Assembly (NCBI GenBank): GCA_964016885.1
Contig: CAXHJY010000560.1
Coordinates: 1-54,955 of the forward strand
Direction of reading: 5' to 3'
Origin: Eledone cirrhosa
Lineage: Eukaryota
DNA length: 54,955 nt
The translations under genes were made by a program, and so were the position numbers. This document shows, piece after piece, positions 33,709-48,652 of the stretch (its first letter is position 1; every line of letters begins with the position of its first letter). The notes beneath the pieces were generated by a model. That model was not told the DNA's origin, did not search any database, and saw only the letters and a program-made list of their open reading frames with translations.

Positions 33709-34312
33709 TGGTGGCTGCCAACTCGTTTTCGAGTACGGCCACTACTTTATATCCATGTAAGAGAACCCCTACCGATACGCTGAACAAGTGTGACTTTTTA
33801 GTCCAGCCAACGACTTGAAAACTGGTACAAACACTACACTTGTGACAATTATTGACACAGTGCTGGGCCCATGGTACCATGTGACGACAAGTGCAGAGAG
33901 ATCTCCAGATATAAAGCAATGCCTGTGCCGTGAAGCTTTTATAGTGAGCAAAGGCACTGCACAAAGCCAGTCCCACTCTCTTAACCAAGATGATATTTAC
34001 CAAAAAGAAGAACAAGTCAACATCATTGGATACCATCAGGGTTGCAGGTGTTATATCAGAGTTTTCCTTCTCCTAGAATTCTGCCTTGACAAAGGCTAAG
34101 GGGTCATCTCTCCCGGTGATTTTGGATGGCCATTGACTCTTAAGAGCTCCTTTTCCCTTTGACAGGTTTTGTTTTTAGTCCTGAAGGATGTCCAAAGTCA
34201 CCCTCCTCACCAAGAAACCTTGGTGGGGTTGCCAGTTTAGTCGCCAACGACCCGACCATGAGACAGGTTGTACTGGGATACATGTTACCAGTAGCACCAA
34301 CTGGTGACCTGA
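33709..34312 (-). mobile_element. RTE-related non-autonomous element, family D, longest copy
   Basis: Minus strand carries CTAGGAGAAGGAAAACTCTGA, similar to RTE 5' UTRs, and a 3' stem-loop GTGGCCGTACTCG AAAA CGAGTTGGCAGCCAC abutting (TA)n. Three copies in the window. Confidence 0.65.
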
Positions 34313-34531
34313 CATATATGTATATATATATATATATATACACTATATATACACTATATATATATGTATATATATATGTATATATATATATATATAAACT
34401 ATATATACACTATATATATATATATATATATATTATTTATTAAAATTTGCTCTACGGTTCTTATATATTTGATATATATTTATCCTTATCGAGCCCTCTT
34501 TGGATTTTAGTCTTCAAATTTATTATTATTA

Positions 34532-34601
<70 letters not shown>

Positions 34602-34626
34602 GTATATATATATATATATATATATA

Positions 34627-34705
<79 letters not shown>

Positions 34706-34744
34706 CTGTCATATACTACCCCCTCTGTTTCTTCCTCTATTACT

Positions 34745-35070
34745 AATATAAATACTTCAATTTTTCTGATTTTATCCAATTTATCCAAAATCTCTGAAGA
34801 AGTGACAACTGATTATACATTTGCTATCGAATACTTGCTAACATTATATGATTACGCAAGCAGCGATACATAGGTATTCCGTCTGTTACAGAAACATATG
34901 TCAATACCTAATAAATTCCTTTTTTAAAAAAAAGCACTTTCATTTTATATTCATCCTTTCTACATTTTCTCCGGAATATAATTTATACTCGTTGAGCAAA
35001 CCTGCACGTACGCTGTTCATCTCTAACGTAACGATATATTATCACTACATTATTGATAACCTGAAATTTT
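34745..35070 (+). mobile_element. PLE pLTR and tail, family E
   Basis: HHR core boxes and a terminal hairpin before (TA)n. Confidence 0.55.
34790..34906 (+). ncRNA. Hammerhead-like motif with extended stem II (family E)
   Basis: CTGAAGA A GTGACA...TGTTAC A GAAAC ATAT GTC. Stem I is weak. Confidence 0.55.
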
Positions 35071-35293
35071 ATATATATATATATATATATATATGTAGAT
35101 AAATCTACCAAGAGTTTACGGTAGTGTCCAATCCGTATGAAGAACTCAATGTAATCCGGATATCATGGAAAGAAGAGATGCAATGAAAAATCACTTTCGG
35201 TGAAAGATAAACGGAATACAGAGTCAAGATAAAATATTAAAAAAATAATGAATAAAACAATGAAACAGTTCCTTATATTAAACAAAAAAAGTT

Positions 35294-35442
35294 CATTATT
35301 TAACGATCGTTTCTGGGATATATATGTGTTAGAATTGGCATGTATATTTAACAGATCTATGTACAAAATTATACAAAATTATACAAACTATCAAAATTAA
35401 ATATACATACCAACTCATATATATGCCGTCTTCAGAAATAAT
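35294..35442 (-). ncRNA. Hammerhead ribozyme, extended stem II
   Basis: Homolog of 3010-3159. Confidence 0.75.
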
Positions 35443-35465
35443 ATTTATTTCTGAAGAAATAATAT

Positions 35466-35601
35466 TTATTTCTGAAGACGGCATATATATGAGTTGGTAT
35501 GTATATTTAATTTTGATAGTTTGTATAATTTTGTACATAGATCTGTTAAATATACATGCCAATTCTATCACATATATATCCCAGAAACGATCGTTAAATA
35601 A
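35466..35601 (+). ncRNA. Hammerhead ribozyme, extended stem II
   Basis: Homolog of 3010-3159 with one 11-nt loop unit deleted. Confidence 0.72.
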
Positions 35602-35671
35602 TGAACTTTTTTTGTTTAATATAAGGAACTGTTTCATTGTTTTATTCATTATTTTTTAAATATTTTATATA

Positions 35672-35767
<96 letters not shown>

Positions 35768-35782
35768 TATATATATATACAC

Positions 35783-35812
<30 letters not shown>

Positions 35813-35816
<4 letters not shown>

Positions 35817-38800
35817 GAAAGGATAAAAAGGACGATTGATTATTCCTTCATTGCATTTATTGATAGGTGACGCGCGTTTCGCCACTGATCAGCTCAAGGT
35901 TCGATCTATATCGATCCTACCCGACTCAATAATCGGCAGCTCGACGGACCCTCTTAAAATGCTATAAGAAAATGAAATACATGCTATGTGGTAAAGCTAG
36001 AGTTTCAAGAGTTTGACAAAATGAGTTGTTTTGATTGGTGAGAAGGATCAAGGCGGTGTACTGGCCTGTAGTGTATATGAGGGTGGGTGTGATGGTGAGA
36101 TGTTGGTGACGGTCTGTGGATGAGGTGGGCTGTGATGTGGTAGTGGTGGGTTGGCCTTGGCGTGTAGAGAATGTGGGGGTGGATGTGAAGATATGGTGGT
36201 GGTTAAGGTTATTTAGTGGGATGGGCTGTGGAGTGAGGTTAGTGGATTGTCAGTAGACGGGTTGGCGTGTGGGTGGGGGTGTGGTAGTGGTGCCTTTGTC
36301 TATGGTAGCGGCGTTTTTGGTGGTGTGGTGGATGTATTGGTGGCACAGGTCCTTACATAGATACATAGTTAGACGCTCTTCGTCTGACAGATACCTTGTA
36401 TATACGTATACGTACACACATATATGTATATATGTGCACATATATTATTGTATAAACACACACAACATAAGACACATACGCACATCCTTGCCCACACATA
36501 TCGGCATACGCTCACACACAGCCATATGTATATGTACACACATATATGTGCATGCGCGCATGCGGTCACGAATATGGAGAGTGGGGGAGTATCGGTGGGG
36601 TGGCGAACGACAGCGATGGGGGGAAGGTGAGAGGCGATGTAGAAGGTGTTTTACATATATACATACACATACATACACATGGGTATGGGCACATGGACTC
36701 ACACTCATGTATGCAAGATATACACATACACACTCGCACACACGTATACTCACACACATATATATATATACACATATATATATATATATATATACACACA
36801 CATGTACCGACAACACACACATACACGCGCATATACACATACATGCACATATATGAGCTCACCTACACATACAGTCAGATTTACCCATATATATATATGT
36901 AAACGTACACATACACACATATACATACACATACATATATACACACACATACACATATGCATACACATACACACATATATATATATACAGATATATATAT
37001 ACACACACATAGACATATGTATATACATGTGTTCACATACACACACACACACATACAGATACATTTGCGTACACGCACGCACACTTAAAACGCCCGTATG
37101 AGTAAAATACTTACACACAGACACACATACTATTGTTGGTTGGGGAGTGGAGGTATGTTTTGTCGGTGTTGATGAAGTATGGAGTTGTGTTTTGTGGTGG
37201 TGGAGTTGTGAGGGACAAAAATGTATATACCGGATCGAATACCGGTTAAAAGGTGACATAGGGAACGCGGGGGAAAATCGTTTATGGACGTACGGCGATG
37301 TGTGTTGTGGACATGGTGATGGTTGTGGTGCTGGGGTGTTATGCTCGGCAAGATGATTACATGATCAGAGGTTACGGTGTGTTATAGTGTAGGCAGACGG
37401 GGGGTGGGGGGTATATAATACAGTCGATTTGGGAGCGAGGGATGATATGTGTTGATGATGTAATGATAATGATTGTTGAAGTATGTGGATGTATTTAGTG
37501 GTGGTGTGGTTGTGTGTGCGTGCGACATTTAGCGTGGGGTTGCAAGTTATCTTATTTCATTTCATTGAATTTAACCATATGTAAGCCCGTATTTTGTATA
37601 TCATGCCGCATACATAATCCACACCAAAAATCACACTAACCATGACACCATATTAACAACCACCTTTACCCCGTCTCAACATCGCCCACCTCAATGAACT
37701 TATTGTATTGTACTCCATGTTACCATCTCTAAGCCCCCATTTGTATATCATGCCGCACACATCACCATCACCACCACCAAAATTCGCATCAACATACACA
37801 CTTCATAGTTGCAACATCGTATTTAATCGGTACCATATGATACGTTCTACCTTGCAATCCACAATGACAAGAGACCTTATAAATACAATGTCGATCATAT
37901 CACACCATCGCCACCACCACCACACCACACATCATCATGTGCATACCATACACGCCTACATCCTCATCCCCACATGTTCCCTCTATCTACACTAACTTGC
38001 TACCCCACGCTAAATTCGACCCTGTAACTGTACTGTCGCACGCACACACAACCACACCACCACTAAATACATCCACATACTTCAACAATCATTATCATTA
38101 CATCATCAACACATATCATCCCTCGCTCCCAAATCGACTGTATTATATACCCCCCACCCCCCGTCTGCCTACACTATAACACACCGTAACCTCTGATCAT
38201 GTAATCATCTTGCCGAGCATAACACCCCAGCACCACAACCATCACCATGTCCACAACACACATCGCCGTACGTCCATAAACGATTTTCCCCCGCGTTCCC
38301 TATGTCACCTTTTAACCGGTATTCGATCCGGTATATACATTTTTGTCCCTCACAACTCCACCACCACAAAACACAACTCCATACTTCATCAACACCGACA
38401 AAACATACCTCCACTCCCCAACCAACAATAGTATGTGTGTCTGTGTGTAAGTATTTTACTCATACGGGCGTTTTAAGTGTGCGTGCGTGTACGCAAATTT
38501 ATCTGCATGTGTGTGTGTGTCTATGTGAACACATGTATATACATATGTCTATGTGTGTGTATATATATATCTGTATATATATATGTGTGTATGTGTATGC
38601 ATATGTGTATGTGTGTGTATATATGTATGTGTGTGTATGTGTACGTCTACATATATGTATATGGGCAAATCTGACTGTATGTGTAGGCGAGCTCATATAT
38701 GTTCATGTATGTGTATATGTGCGTGTATGTGTGTGTTGTCAGTACATGTGTGTGTATATATATATATATATGTGTGTATATATATATATATATGTGTGAG

Positions 38801-39837
38801 TATACGTGTGTGCGAGTGTGTATGTGTATATCTTGCATACATAAGTGTGAGTCCATGTGCCCATACCCATGTGTATGTATGTGTATGTATATATGTAAAA
38901 CACTTTCTACATCGCCTCTCACCTTCCCCCCATCGCTGTCGTTCGCCACCCCACCGATACTCCCCCACTCTCCATCTTCGTGACCGCATGCGCGCATGCA
39001 CATATATGTGTGTACATATACATATGGCTGTGTGTGAGCGTATGCCGATATGTGTGGGCAAGGATGTGCGTATGTGTCTTATGTTGTGTGTGTTTATACA
39101 ATAATATATGTGCACATATATACATATATGTGTGTACGTATACGTATATACAAGGTATCTGTCAGACGAAGAGCGTCTAACTATGTATCTATGTAAGGAC
39201 CTGTGCCACCAATACATCCACCACACCACCAAAAACGCCGCTACCATAGACAAAGGCACCACTACCACACCCCCACCCACACGCCAACCCGTCTACTGAC
39301 AATCCACTAACCTCACTCCACAGCCCATCCCACTAAATAACCTTAACCACCACTATATCTTCACATCCACCCCCACATTCTCTACACGCCAAGGCCAACC
39401 CACCACTACCACATCACAGCCCACCTCATCCACAGACCGTCACCAACATCTCACCATCACACCCACCCTCATATACACTACAGGCCAGTACATCGCCTTG
39501 ATCCTTCTCACCAATCAAAACAACTCATTTTGTCAAACTCTTGAAACTCTAGCTTTACCACATAGCATGTATTTCATTTTCTTATAGCATTTTAAGAGGG
39601 TCCGTCGAGCTGCCGATTATTGAGTCGGGTAGGATCTATATAGATCGAACTTTGAGCTGATCAGTGGCGAAACGCGCGTCACCTATTAATAAATGCAATG
39701 AAGGAGTAATCAATCGTCTTTTTATCCTTTCTATATTTTACACTCTGTATAGCTCTACATATCATCACAGAAGTGAACCTAAACATCGAGTGCTCACCCG
39801 GGTGAACTTGCAGTAACTCCTAGTTACACCCACTGGA
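35813..39837 (+). mobile_element. 4-kb non-coding inverted repeat, family C (probable PLE 3' region/pLTR)
   Basis: 35813-~37549 mirrors ~37992-39735, with a one-sided tail 39736-39837 and GAAAC GCGC GTC near 39669. Confidence 0.75.
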
Positions 39838-39862
39838 TATATGTATATAGATATATATACAC

Positions 39863-39923
<61 letters not shown>

Positions 39924-39925
<2 letters not shown>

Positions 39926-40127
39926 ACGAAGGAAATGTGGTAAGGAAGCAGGTGGACCATAACGCACCAAAGTACTCAATACTTGAGGTAGTAGAGTGGA
40001 TAATAGGAACCAGTAAGACCCCGACAGCTGAGCTCAAGCCGTTTCGACGGCTAATTCTGGACTGAGTCCAGAATTAGCCGTCGAAACGGCTTGAGCTCAG
40101 CTGTCGGGGTCTTACTGGTTCCTATTA
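39924..40127 (-). mobile_element. Family K element with inverted arm
   Basis: 39924-40062 is the reverse complement of 2156-2293, and 40064-40127 is a partial forward copy. Confidence 0.7.
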
Positions 40128-40143
40128 TATATATATATATACA

Positions 40144-40257
40144 GTCTGAGTTCAAATCCCGCCGAGGTTAACTTTGCCTTTCATCCTTACGGGGTCGATA
40201 AAATAAAGTACCAGTAATGTACTGGGTAGTTGCTGGCCTTGTGCCTAAAGTAGAAAC

Positions 40258-40261
<4 letters not shown>
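40144..40261 (+). mobile_element. 5'-truncated copy of the Meta-like tRNA SINE
   Basis: Matches 9080-9197 from the B box onward. Confidence 0.85.
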
Positions 40262-40347
<86 letters not shown>

Positions 40348-40368
40348 TATATATATATATTTATACAC

Positions 40369-40428
<60 letters not shown>

Positions 40429-40477
40429 GTATATATATATATATATATATATATACTATATATATATATTTATACAC

Positions 40478-40537
<60 letters not shown>

Positions 40538-40641
40538 TATAGTATATATATATATATATATATATATACTATATATATATATATATATACTATATATATA
40601 TATATATATATACACTATATATATATATATATGTATATATA

Positions 40642-40677
<36 letters not shown>

Positions 40678-40786
40678 TATATATATATATATATATATAA
40701 TGGAAAAATTGAACAGGAACAAAACAGAGAGGCAGTACAACGAATGTTTATTAATTTCACGCTCTGGAGAGTGGGTGGTGGTGGGG

Positions 40787-40820
40787 AACGACGTTTCGGG
40801 CATAAGCCCTTCCTCAGGTG
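40787..40820 (-). ncRNA. Minimal (dimer-type) hammerhead ribozyme
   Basis: Reverse complement: CAC CTGAGGA A GGGC ttat GCCC GAAACGTC GTT. Confidence 0.65.
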
Positions 40821-42317
40821 AGAAGTGTGTGGGAACAGAGTTCAACGGGTGTGTAGGGGAGTGGTGGAGAGACATATAGCGAAAGGGGGTGGGAGGAAAC
40901 GGTGCAAATGAAATTAAAAATAAAAATAAAAATAAAGCATGATCAAAATAAAAGGAATGAAATAAAAATAAATATAAAAGCATGATCAAAATAAACTGAA
41001 ATTAAAAAGGGGTAAAACAGGTGGTGGAAGGGTGTGGGGTGTGTAGGGGTGGTGGCGGGTTCAGTGGGGAGAGGGAGACGGGGTGTCCGAGCGGGGAGGG
41101 TTGAAGGTGGTGTGTGTGTGTAGGTGTACGTGTGTGTGTGTGTGTGTGTATGTGAAAGTAAGGGTTGGGGGAAGAACGGGGTTGCATGTTCAGGAAGAGG
41201 TGTGTGTGTTGGGTGGGGAGGGTGTAGGTCGGAGTGTCTGTGCGTGTGTGGATAGAGGGGTGGGGGGAGAGGAATCAGGAGGCTGAGGGTGTAAATATGT
41301 GGTGGAAAGCACGTGTGTGTGGTGTTTAAGCGTGTTGTGGGTGTAGGTGGCGTGTGGGAGAAAAAAAATGTTTTGGGTGTATGTGTGGGTGAGTTATATA
41401 GGTGATTCCGTAAGAGGATGGTTGAAATGTTGGTAAATTTCTATGATGTTTAGTAGATTCCGTGGTGGTCAAGTTCCACATACGAGTATTCCATGAAGAG
41501 ATGGTCGGAAGAGGAGAGATGTAGGGTGCGCGCGCAACAGGAAATGGTCAAGCGGTGGGAGCGCTGTGTGTCTGTTTGTGCTGGGAGGTGGTCAGAGGGC
41601 ATAGCAGCAGTCAGGTGGAATGGTGAAGGGGCGAAGATGGGTAGGTGTGAAAGTTGGAGTGAGGAGGATGTGTGTGTGTATTAGTAGAGGTGTTAGTGGG
41701 ATGAGTGAGTGTGGAGCGAGGATGTGGGTGGAGCGGGGAGAGAAGGGTGTGTGTAGTTCTATGGAGGGAGTGTGGTGTACTGGTGTGTGTAGTTTGATGA
41801 AGGGGTGTTAGTGGGTGTTAGTATACGGAAGGTGGGGAAAGGGTTGAATGCAGGTGTGAGTGGGGGTTAGTGGTGGTAGGGTGTGTAGAGTTGGTGGTGT
41901 ACGAGGGTGTGTGGGTACGTGTGCGTGGGGTTGGGGGGTGTTAGTGATGTTAGTTGCGTGTGGGGTGGGTGGTGTAAGTGGGTGCATGTGTTCGAGTGCT
42001 TGGGGTCAGGGGGTGTTAGTGAGGTTAGTTGCGGGGTGGTGGGATGGAGGTGTGGGGGTGAGAGTTAGGGTTGGTAGTAGGGTGTGTGTTTAGTGTGAGC
42101 GCGTGTATATATGTGCCTGTGGGTTTGTGCGTATGATAAGGAGGGGGGAGGAGGAGAAGAAGAGAGGGATGTTAGTATGTTAGTTGGGGAAGGGTGGTCG
42201 AATGAGGGGTGGAGTGGAGGTGTTAGTATTGTTAGTCTTGGGGTGGGCGGGACAAAGGAGGGGTGTGTTAGTGGTGTTAGTGGGGGATAAGTGTGGGGGG
42301 AGGGGGGAGGTCGAAGG

Positions 42318-42510
42318 CTAAAGGAATAAGGGTGGGGAGTTCAGGCCGGGGGGAGTGTGGTTCTGTAAGATGAAGATACTTCTTTGTTCGACTCTAAGGC
42401 GATTGGCGGGTGTTCCGTGACATTGGAGTAGGCCACAGACTGTGAGATGGCGTGCGGAATATCCAAGGCCAGCAAAGTGGCGGGCGATGGGGGAACTACC
42501 ACCGAACACA
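42318..42510 (-). pseudogene. GIY-YIG endonuclease C-terminal fragment
   Basis: PIARHF...GLLQC...R...EQ..IF.L....PPGLN. Confidence 0.75.
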
Positions 42511-42540
42511 CTATATATATATATATGTATATATATATAG

Positions 42541-42595
<55 letters not shown>

Positions 42596-42725
42596 TATAT
42601 ATATATATATACACTATATATATATATATGTATATATATATGTATATATATAAATATATATATATGTATATATATATATACATGTTTATATATATAGATA
42701 TATATGTATATATATATATATACAC

Positions 42726-42757
<32 letters not shown>

Positions 42758-42907
42758 CACTATATATATATATGTATATATATATATATACACTATATAT
42801 ATATATATATATATACACTATATATATATATATGTATATATATATATACACTATATATATATATGTATATATATATATACACTATATATATATATATATA
42901 TATGTAT

Positions 42908-43299
42908 AAGTAAATATCTTTAAGTCGTTTGGAAGCCTCGACAATGCAAATGGGTAAATCTCCGGGTAACAAGGTCCGGTGGTGGAGAGAGAGATGTAAG
43001 TGGGTGTACGTTGAGATGCGTGGTGTATATAAGATGTGTGAGATGTGTAAAATTGAAGGGAAGTTTATAAAGGATAAAATAAAAATAACAACACAAGAGA
43101 AAGTTACCTTGGGAGAGATTTAATAGTCCCTATATATTTCGGATTCACATCCATCAACTGGGGGTTTTTTCCGTGGTGGAGAAAAGGTTGTCTGTCGTCC
43201 TTCGCTGTTTTTTGTTTGTTGCATTGTCGATGCTTCCAAACGACTTAAAGATATTTACTTATTGTTCCACAATGCTTCAAGGAAACTTCAATACTCTCA
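42908..43299 (+). mobile_element. Family I element, diverged third copy
   Basis: Similar to 19793-20301 with a shorter right arm. Confidence 0.75.
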
Positions 43300-43360
43300 T
43301 ATATATGTATATATATGTATATATATACTATATATATATATGTATATATATATATATACA

Positions 43361-43413
<53 letters not shown>

Positions 43414-43532
43414 CACTATATATATATATATATATGCATATATATATATATATATACACTATGTATATATATATTTGTATATATATATATATATATATAT
43501 ACACTATATATATATATATATATATACAGTAT

Positions 43533-43581
<49 letters not shown>

Positions 43582-43584
43582 CAC

Positions 43585-43618
<34 letters not shown>

Positions 43619-43703
43619 TATATACACTATATATATATATATATATATATTATATATGTATATATATGTATATATATATATATATATATATTATATATGT
43701 ATA

Positions 43704-43877
<174 letters not shown>

Positions 43878-43880
43878 CAC

Positions 43881-43932
<52 letters not shown>

Positions 43933-43980
43933 CACTATATATATATGTATATATATATATATTATATATGTATTTATATG

Positions 43981-44103
<123 letters not shown>

Positions 44104-44150
44104 TATATATATATATGTATATATATATATACACTATATATATATATATA

Positions 44151-44202
<52 letters not shown>

Positions 44203-44207
<5 letters not shown>

Positions 44208-45437
44208 ATATTTATTAAAATAACAGATTAAAGTTTAAGCAAAGAATCGCTGCTTTCACCCTTAACGGGATCTTCTGAAACTAACAAAGTCAATCTGTAA
44301 ACGCAGAACTGGATATTTCAAAAAACGTTGCAGCCGGAGGAAGACAGGAAGACGATACTTTGGTTCGTGGAAACGTTCGCTGGCAAAGAACGTGAAAGAA
44401 CGAATAATACGTTATTAATAGGAGCGGTGAAAAACAATTACGCGCAAAGACAGAACCACGTTTATGGTATAATAGAGGTCGTAGACTAATGTTCTCTTAG
44501 GTGGTGCATAGAGACGTTCTCTGGCAATGAACGAAAAAACGAAGATAATAAGTCATATGTGGAGCACGCAAAGACAAAACCACGTAAATGGTATAGCAGA
44601 AGTCGTAGACTAAAATTCTAACTAGGAGACCAAATGAATCTCCGCTACAGAGTTAAGAACAAAGTAAATAAATACAATACAGAAGTAATAGAAACAAATA
44701 AATACATACACGCAAACAGATACGTACATACACAAGCATACGAAAAACCTTACCATAGGTATACAAACCATGCACATATAAATATGTGTGTATGTGTATG
44801 CTTGTGTACAAATAAATAAATAATTATATAAACGTATATAAGTAAATAAATACGTATATAACAAGCGCACACACATACCTACAAATAAATACACGAATGT
44901 TCGGAGACGTAAGTCAACTAAAACAAGAAGTACACATATACACACACCCACCATACGTACGAACCTGCATACTCACGCAGACGCGCAAAACTCCCGTATA
45001 CACATAGCCAAACCCTAAATATGTAAAAATTAAACGCCAAACATACCTTCACAAAACATACGGGTAATATATACTTTCCTATGCAAATAAGTAAAGGAAT
45101 AAACAAAACATATACTTAGCTCCCACATCAAGACGTAAAATATCCACGTATAGATCGTGCTATCCGTTAGGGTATAACGTGGGGCTGTAATACAGGAAAG
45201 CTTTGAGCAATTTATGTTTACAAGCCGAAATTGCCTCAGATTTTTTGTTTAAGATGTGGTCTGTGGCGTAGAGTATTTCAAGGGCCTCAGCGGCGCAGAA
45301 GTCACATGGTTTTTTATTTCCGTTATACGATCTACCCCTATCTAGGATCTCCCAGTGTAACTTATATTGGGTGTGGTTGTCTTTTAGACTCCAGATATAA
45401 GCTGAAAATGACGTCATATTCCTTCTTAGAGGGTATA
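44203..45437 (-). mobile_element. 5'-truncated Hydra-type PLE, family L
   Basis: EN C-terminal fragment, 3' UTR with two imperfect repeats (44369-44490, 44510-44615), and a pLTR end shared with 27948. Confidence 0.8.
45160..45436 (-). pseudogene. GIY-YIG endonuclease C-terminal fragment (Hydra-type)
   Basis: [12 protein letters not shown]....W.IL...CDFC..E...ILNKKSE..S.CKH. Confidence 0.82.
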
Positions 45438-45473
45438 CAATATATATATATATATATATATATATAGTGTATA

Positions 45474-45571
<98 letters not shown>

Positions 45572-45605
45572 TATATATTTATATATATATATATATATAT
45601 ATACA

Positions 45606-45660
<55 letters not shown>

Positions 45661-45665
<5 letters not shown>

Positions 45666-45979
45666 CAGGAAAGAAGGTTTACATGGTTTGCTATACAAAA
45701 AAGTTTTTAATCACATAGCTTACATTTGTTTCACTGAACTGGTATGTCTAGAGATCGCTATCCGCCTAATTTTGCGTCACTCGATCGCCAATACAGAATT
45801 ATAACCAGTTAGATCTTCGGAGCATGCGAGAATGAAGAAAATACACAGGCAAGAAAAGAAAAGAAAATATGGAGTAGTTATGGCATTCAATTAGAAAAAT
45901 AACAACAACAAATTATTACAACAATGCTATCAATAAACTACCTAAGTGGACTGCATTTAACTATTATTTGTTAATCCGT
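45661..45979 (+). mobile_element. Family F pLTR: inverted arm plus 40-bp terminal tail
   Basis: 45661-45936 matches 10363-10638, and 45940-45979 is the reverse complement of 10193-10232. Confidence 0.85.
45714..45826 (-). ncRNA. Hammerhead ribozyme, extended stem II (family F)
   Basis: Copy of 10416-10528. Confidence 0.7.
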
Positions 45980-46003
45980 ATATATATATATATATATATA
46001 TAT

Positions 46004-46086
<83 letters not shown>

Positions 46087-46103
46087 TATACACTATATCT
46101 ATA

Positions 46104-46136
<33 letters not shown>

Positions 46137-46188
46137 TATATATATATATATATATATATATACACTATATATATATATATATATAGTG

Positions 46189-46306
<118 letters not shown>

Positions 46307-46363
46307 ATATATATATATATATATATACACTATATATATATGTATATATATATATACACTATA

Positions 46364-46400
<37 letters not shown>

Positions 46401-46463
46401 TATATATATATATATATGTATATATATATACATATATATATATACATATAAACACTATAAATG

Positions 46464-46747
<284 letters not shown>

Positions 46748-46809
46748 TATATATATATATGTATATATAAATATACACTATATATATATATGTATATATA
46801 TATATACAC

Positions 46810-46849
<40 letters not shown>

Positions 46850-46959
46850 AACACTATATATATATATATATATATGTTTGTATATATACACTATATATAT
46901 AAATATATATATATATATACACTCTATATCTATATATATATATATGTATATATATATGT

Positions 46960-48133
46960 ATTGTGCATGCAATTAGGGGAGTGTTCCGAGATCTTGTTGA
47001 GGAGAGGGCCTTTGGCGAATAGAATCTCATAGCTCTCGGAGATACAGAGGTCACAGCAATTATGGCCTCCCTTGTAGGATCGCGCTCTCTGGAGTAGTCT
47101 CCATTGGGTCTTGAAGGGGATGGAGTTCCTTTTAATGTGCCAGATGTGGGCGGCCAGTCTAGTTTGGTTAGATTTGTCTGGGCGCCGGAACGAATGTGTG
47201 TGGGCGTACCAGAGAGTCTTAAAACTGTTAGAAGTCATCCCGATGTACGAGTTTCTTTTTTCATCGGGGCCTGAGAGTACATCGCATATATAGACGAGAT
47301 CTTTTTTTAGACAGTTGTTGTTGAGAGGGCAGGTAGTCTTATCAGGGCAATTGCAATTGCCATCGGTTGCTGGATGGGCTTCGGAAAAAGTAGACTGATT
47401 AGGCTTCTTGCTGTTATTGTTGGCTAAGTTCCTAGCTACATTAGGTGTGGTAGAGTAAGAGAGTCTAATGGTATTCTTATTAAGGATTGTATAGTACCTA
47501 TGTTGGGTGGGGAAGTGTTTTTGTAAGAGAGTGAAGAAAAGTTTAGCTACAGGTGTTGAACATTCGCGGTTGAAGGGGGGGGTTGTACCAGCTAATGTGC
47601 CTTCGCCTATTCTTCCTGGGTGGGCGTGGGGCTATACTAAGGTAGGTGATCTTATCTCTAAAGCCGCTGCGGGCCAGGGCCTCGTTGTAATAGGGGGCTG
47701 CTGCTCTAAAGATATCTTCATTGGCGGCGAGGCTAGATATCCTAATGGAGACACTTTTCACTAGGTTGTCTAATATATTTTTGGGGTGGTTAGAATTAAC
47801 GTCTATATATCTAAGGGATTCATTAGATTTGTGGTACGGGTAGTAAAGGGAAGTTTCTAAGTCGAGGGTAACGTCCAGGAAGTTAGCTTTAGTTAAGTTC
47901 GAATCTAAGATAATCCTAAGGCCTAAGTTTTTAAAGAAGGTGTAAAAGTTTTTCCTGAACCCATCCGTGGTCCTGGGGTTGATTTTGTGGAGGGCAAAGA
48001 GGCCGTCATCTCTGTAGAGACCGCCGGAGAGGCCTGTGAGGAGGGTCTTCAACCTGTGGAGGATGAACAGACCCACAAAGTCACTTAATTCAGCTGAGTC
48101 GCTAGCACCCATGCTAACGTCGAAGGGGGTCTC
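46960..48133 (-). pseudogene. Hydra-type PLE RT C-half + GIY-YIG, truncated at both ends
   Basis: [34 protein letters not shown] (frameshift in C run ~47575), CNCPDKTTCPLNNNC, LVY...YIG, CDLC, CMH. Confidence 0.88.
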
Positions 48134-48209
<76 letters not shown>

Positions 48210-48652
48210 TATATATATATGTATATATATATATATATATATGAGACCCCCTTCGACGGGTCAAACTGGAAATGCACTATCGGAACGTGCACGGGTACAC
48301 CGTCAACAAATCAGAGAACAAAATGTCCGTCAGATACCCCTAAGCGGCCACCTGGCAACATGTGGTCAGGGAATATTTATAATATTCCCATTCTAAAAAT
48401 TACACATCCCAAGTGAAATCAAGAGAAAAATCAAAGAAAAGAATTTTATTGATAAATTCAAACCCAAGCTTAATGAACAATAATAACGCCTAGGGGTATT
48501 ACTTCTACTACCACTATGACCACGACCACTAACAACAACAACGACAACAACAATAATAATAATAATAAAAGTGATGTTGATGGTGATGATTAATAGAAAA
48601 TGCTATTTTCATCATTTCAAAAAGCAAAACAATTGATGCGTTGGGTATGACT

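Larger units (their letters stand above)
35094..35668 (-). mobile_element. Inverted pLTR insertion of the same family as 2808-9408
   Basis: 35094-35442 is the reverse complement of 3011-3360, and 35466-35668 is the forward copy. Confidence 0.88.
40699..42510 (-). mobile_element. 5'-truncated Neptune-type PLE (EN end, long CA-rich 3' UTR, pLTR)
   Basis: EN C-terminus at 42318-42510 and an HHR near the distal end. Confidence 0.75.

Noticed and set aside
48036-48416. 126-aa plus ORF
   Set aside because: Spans an antisense RT fragment, a TA tract and an out-of-frame EN fragment.
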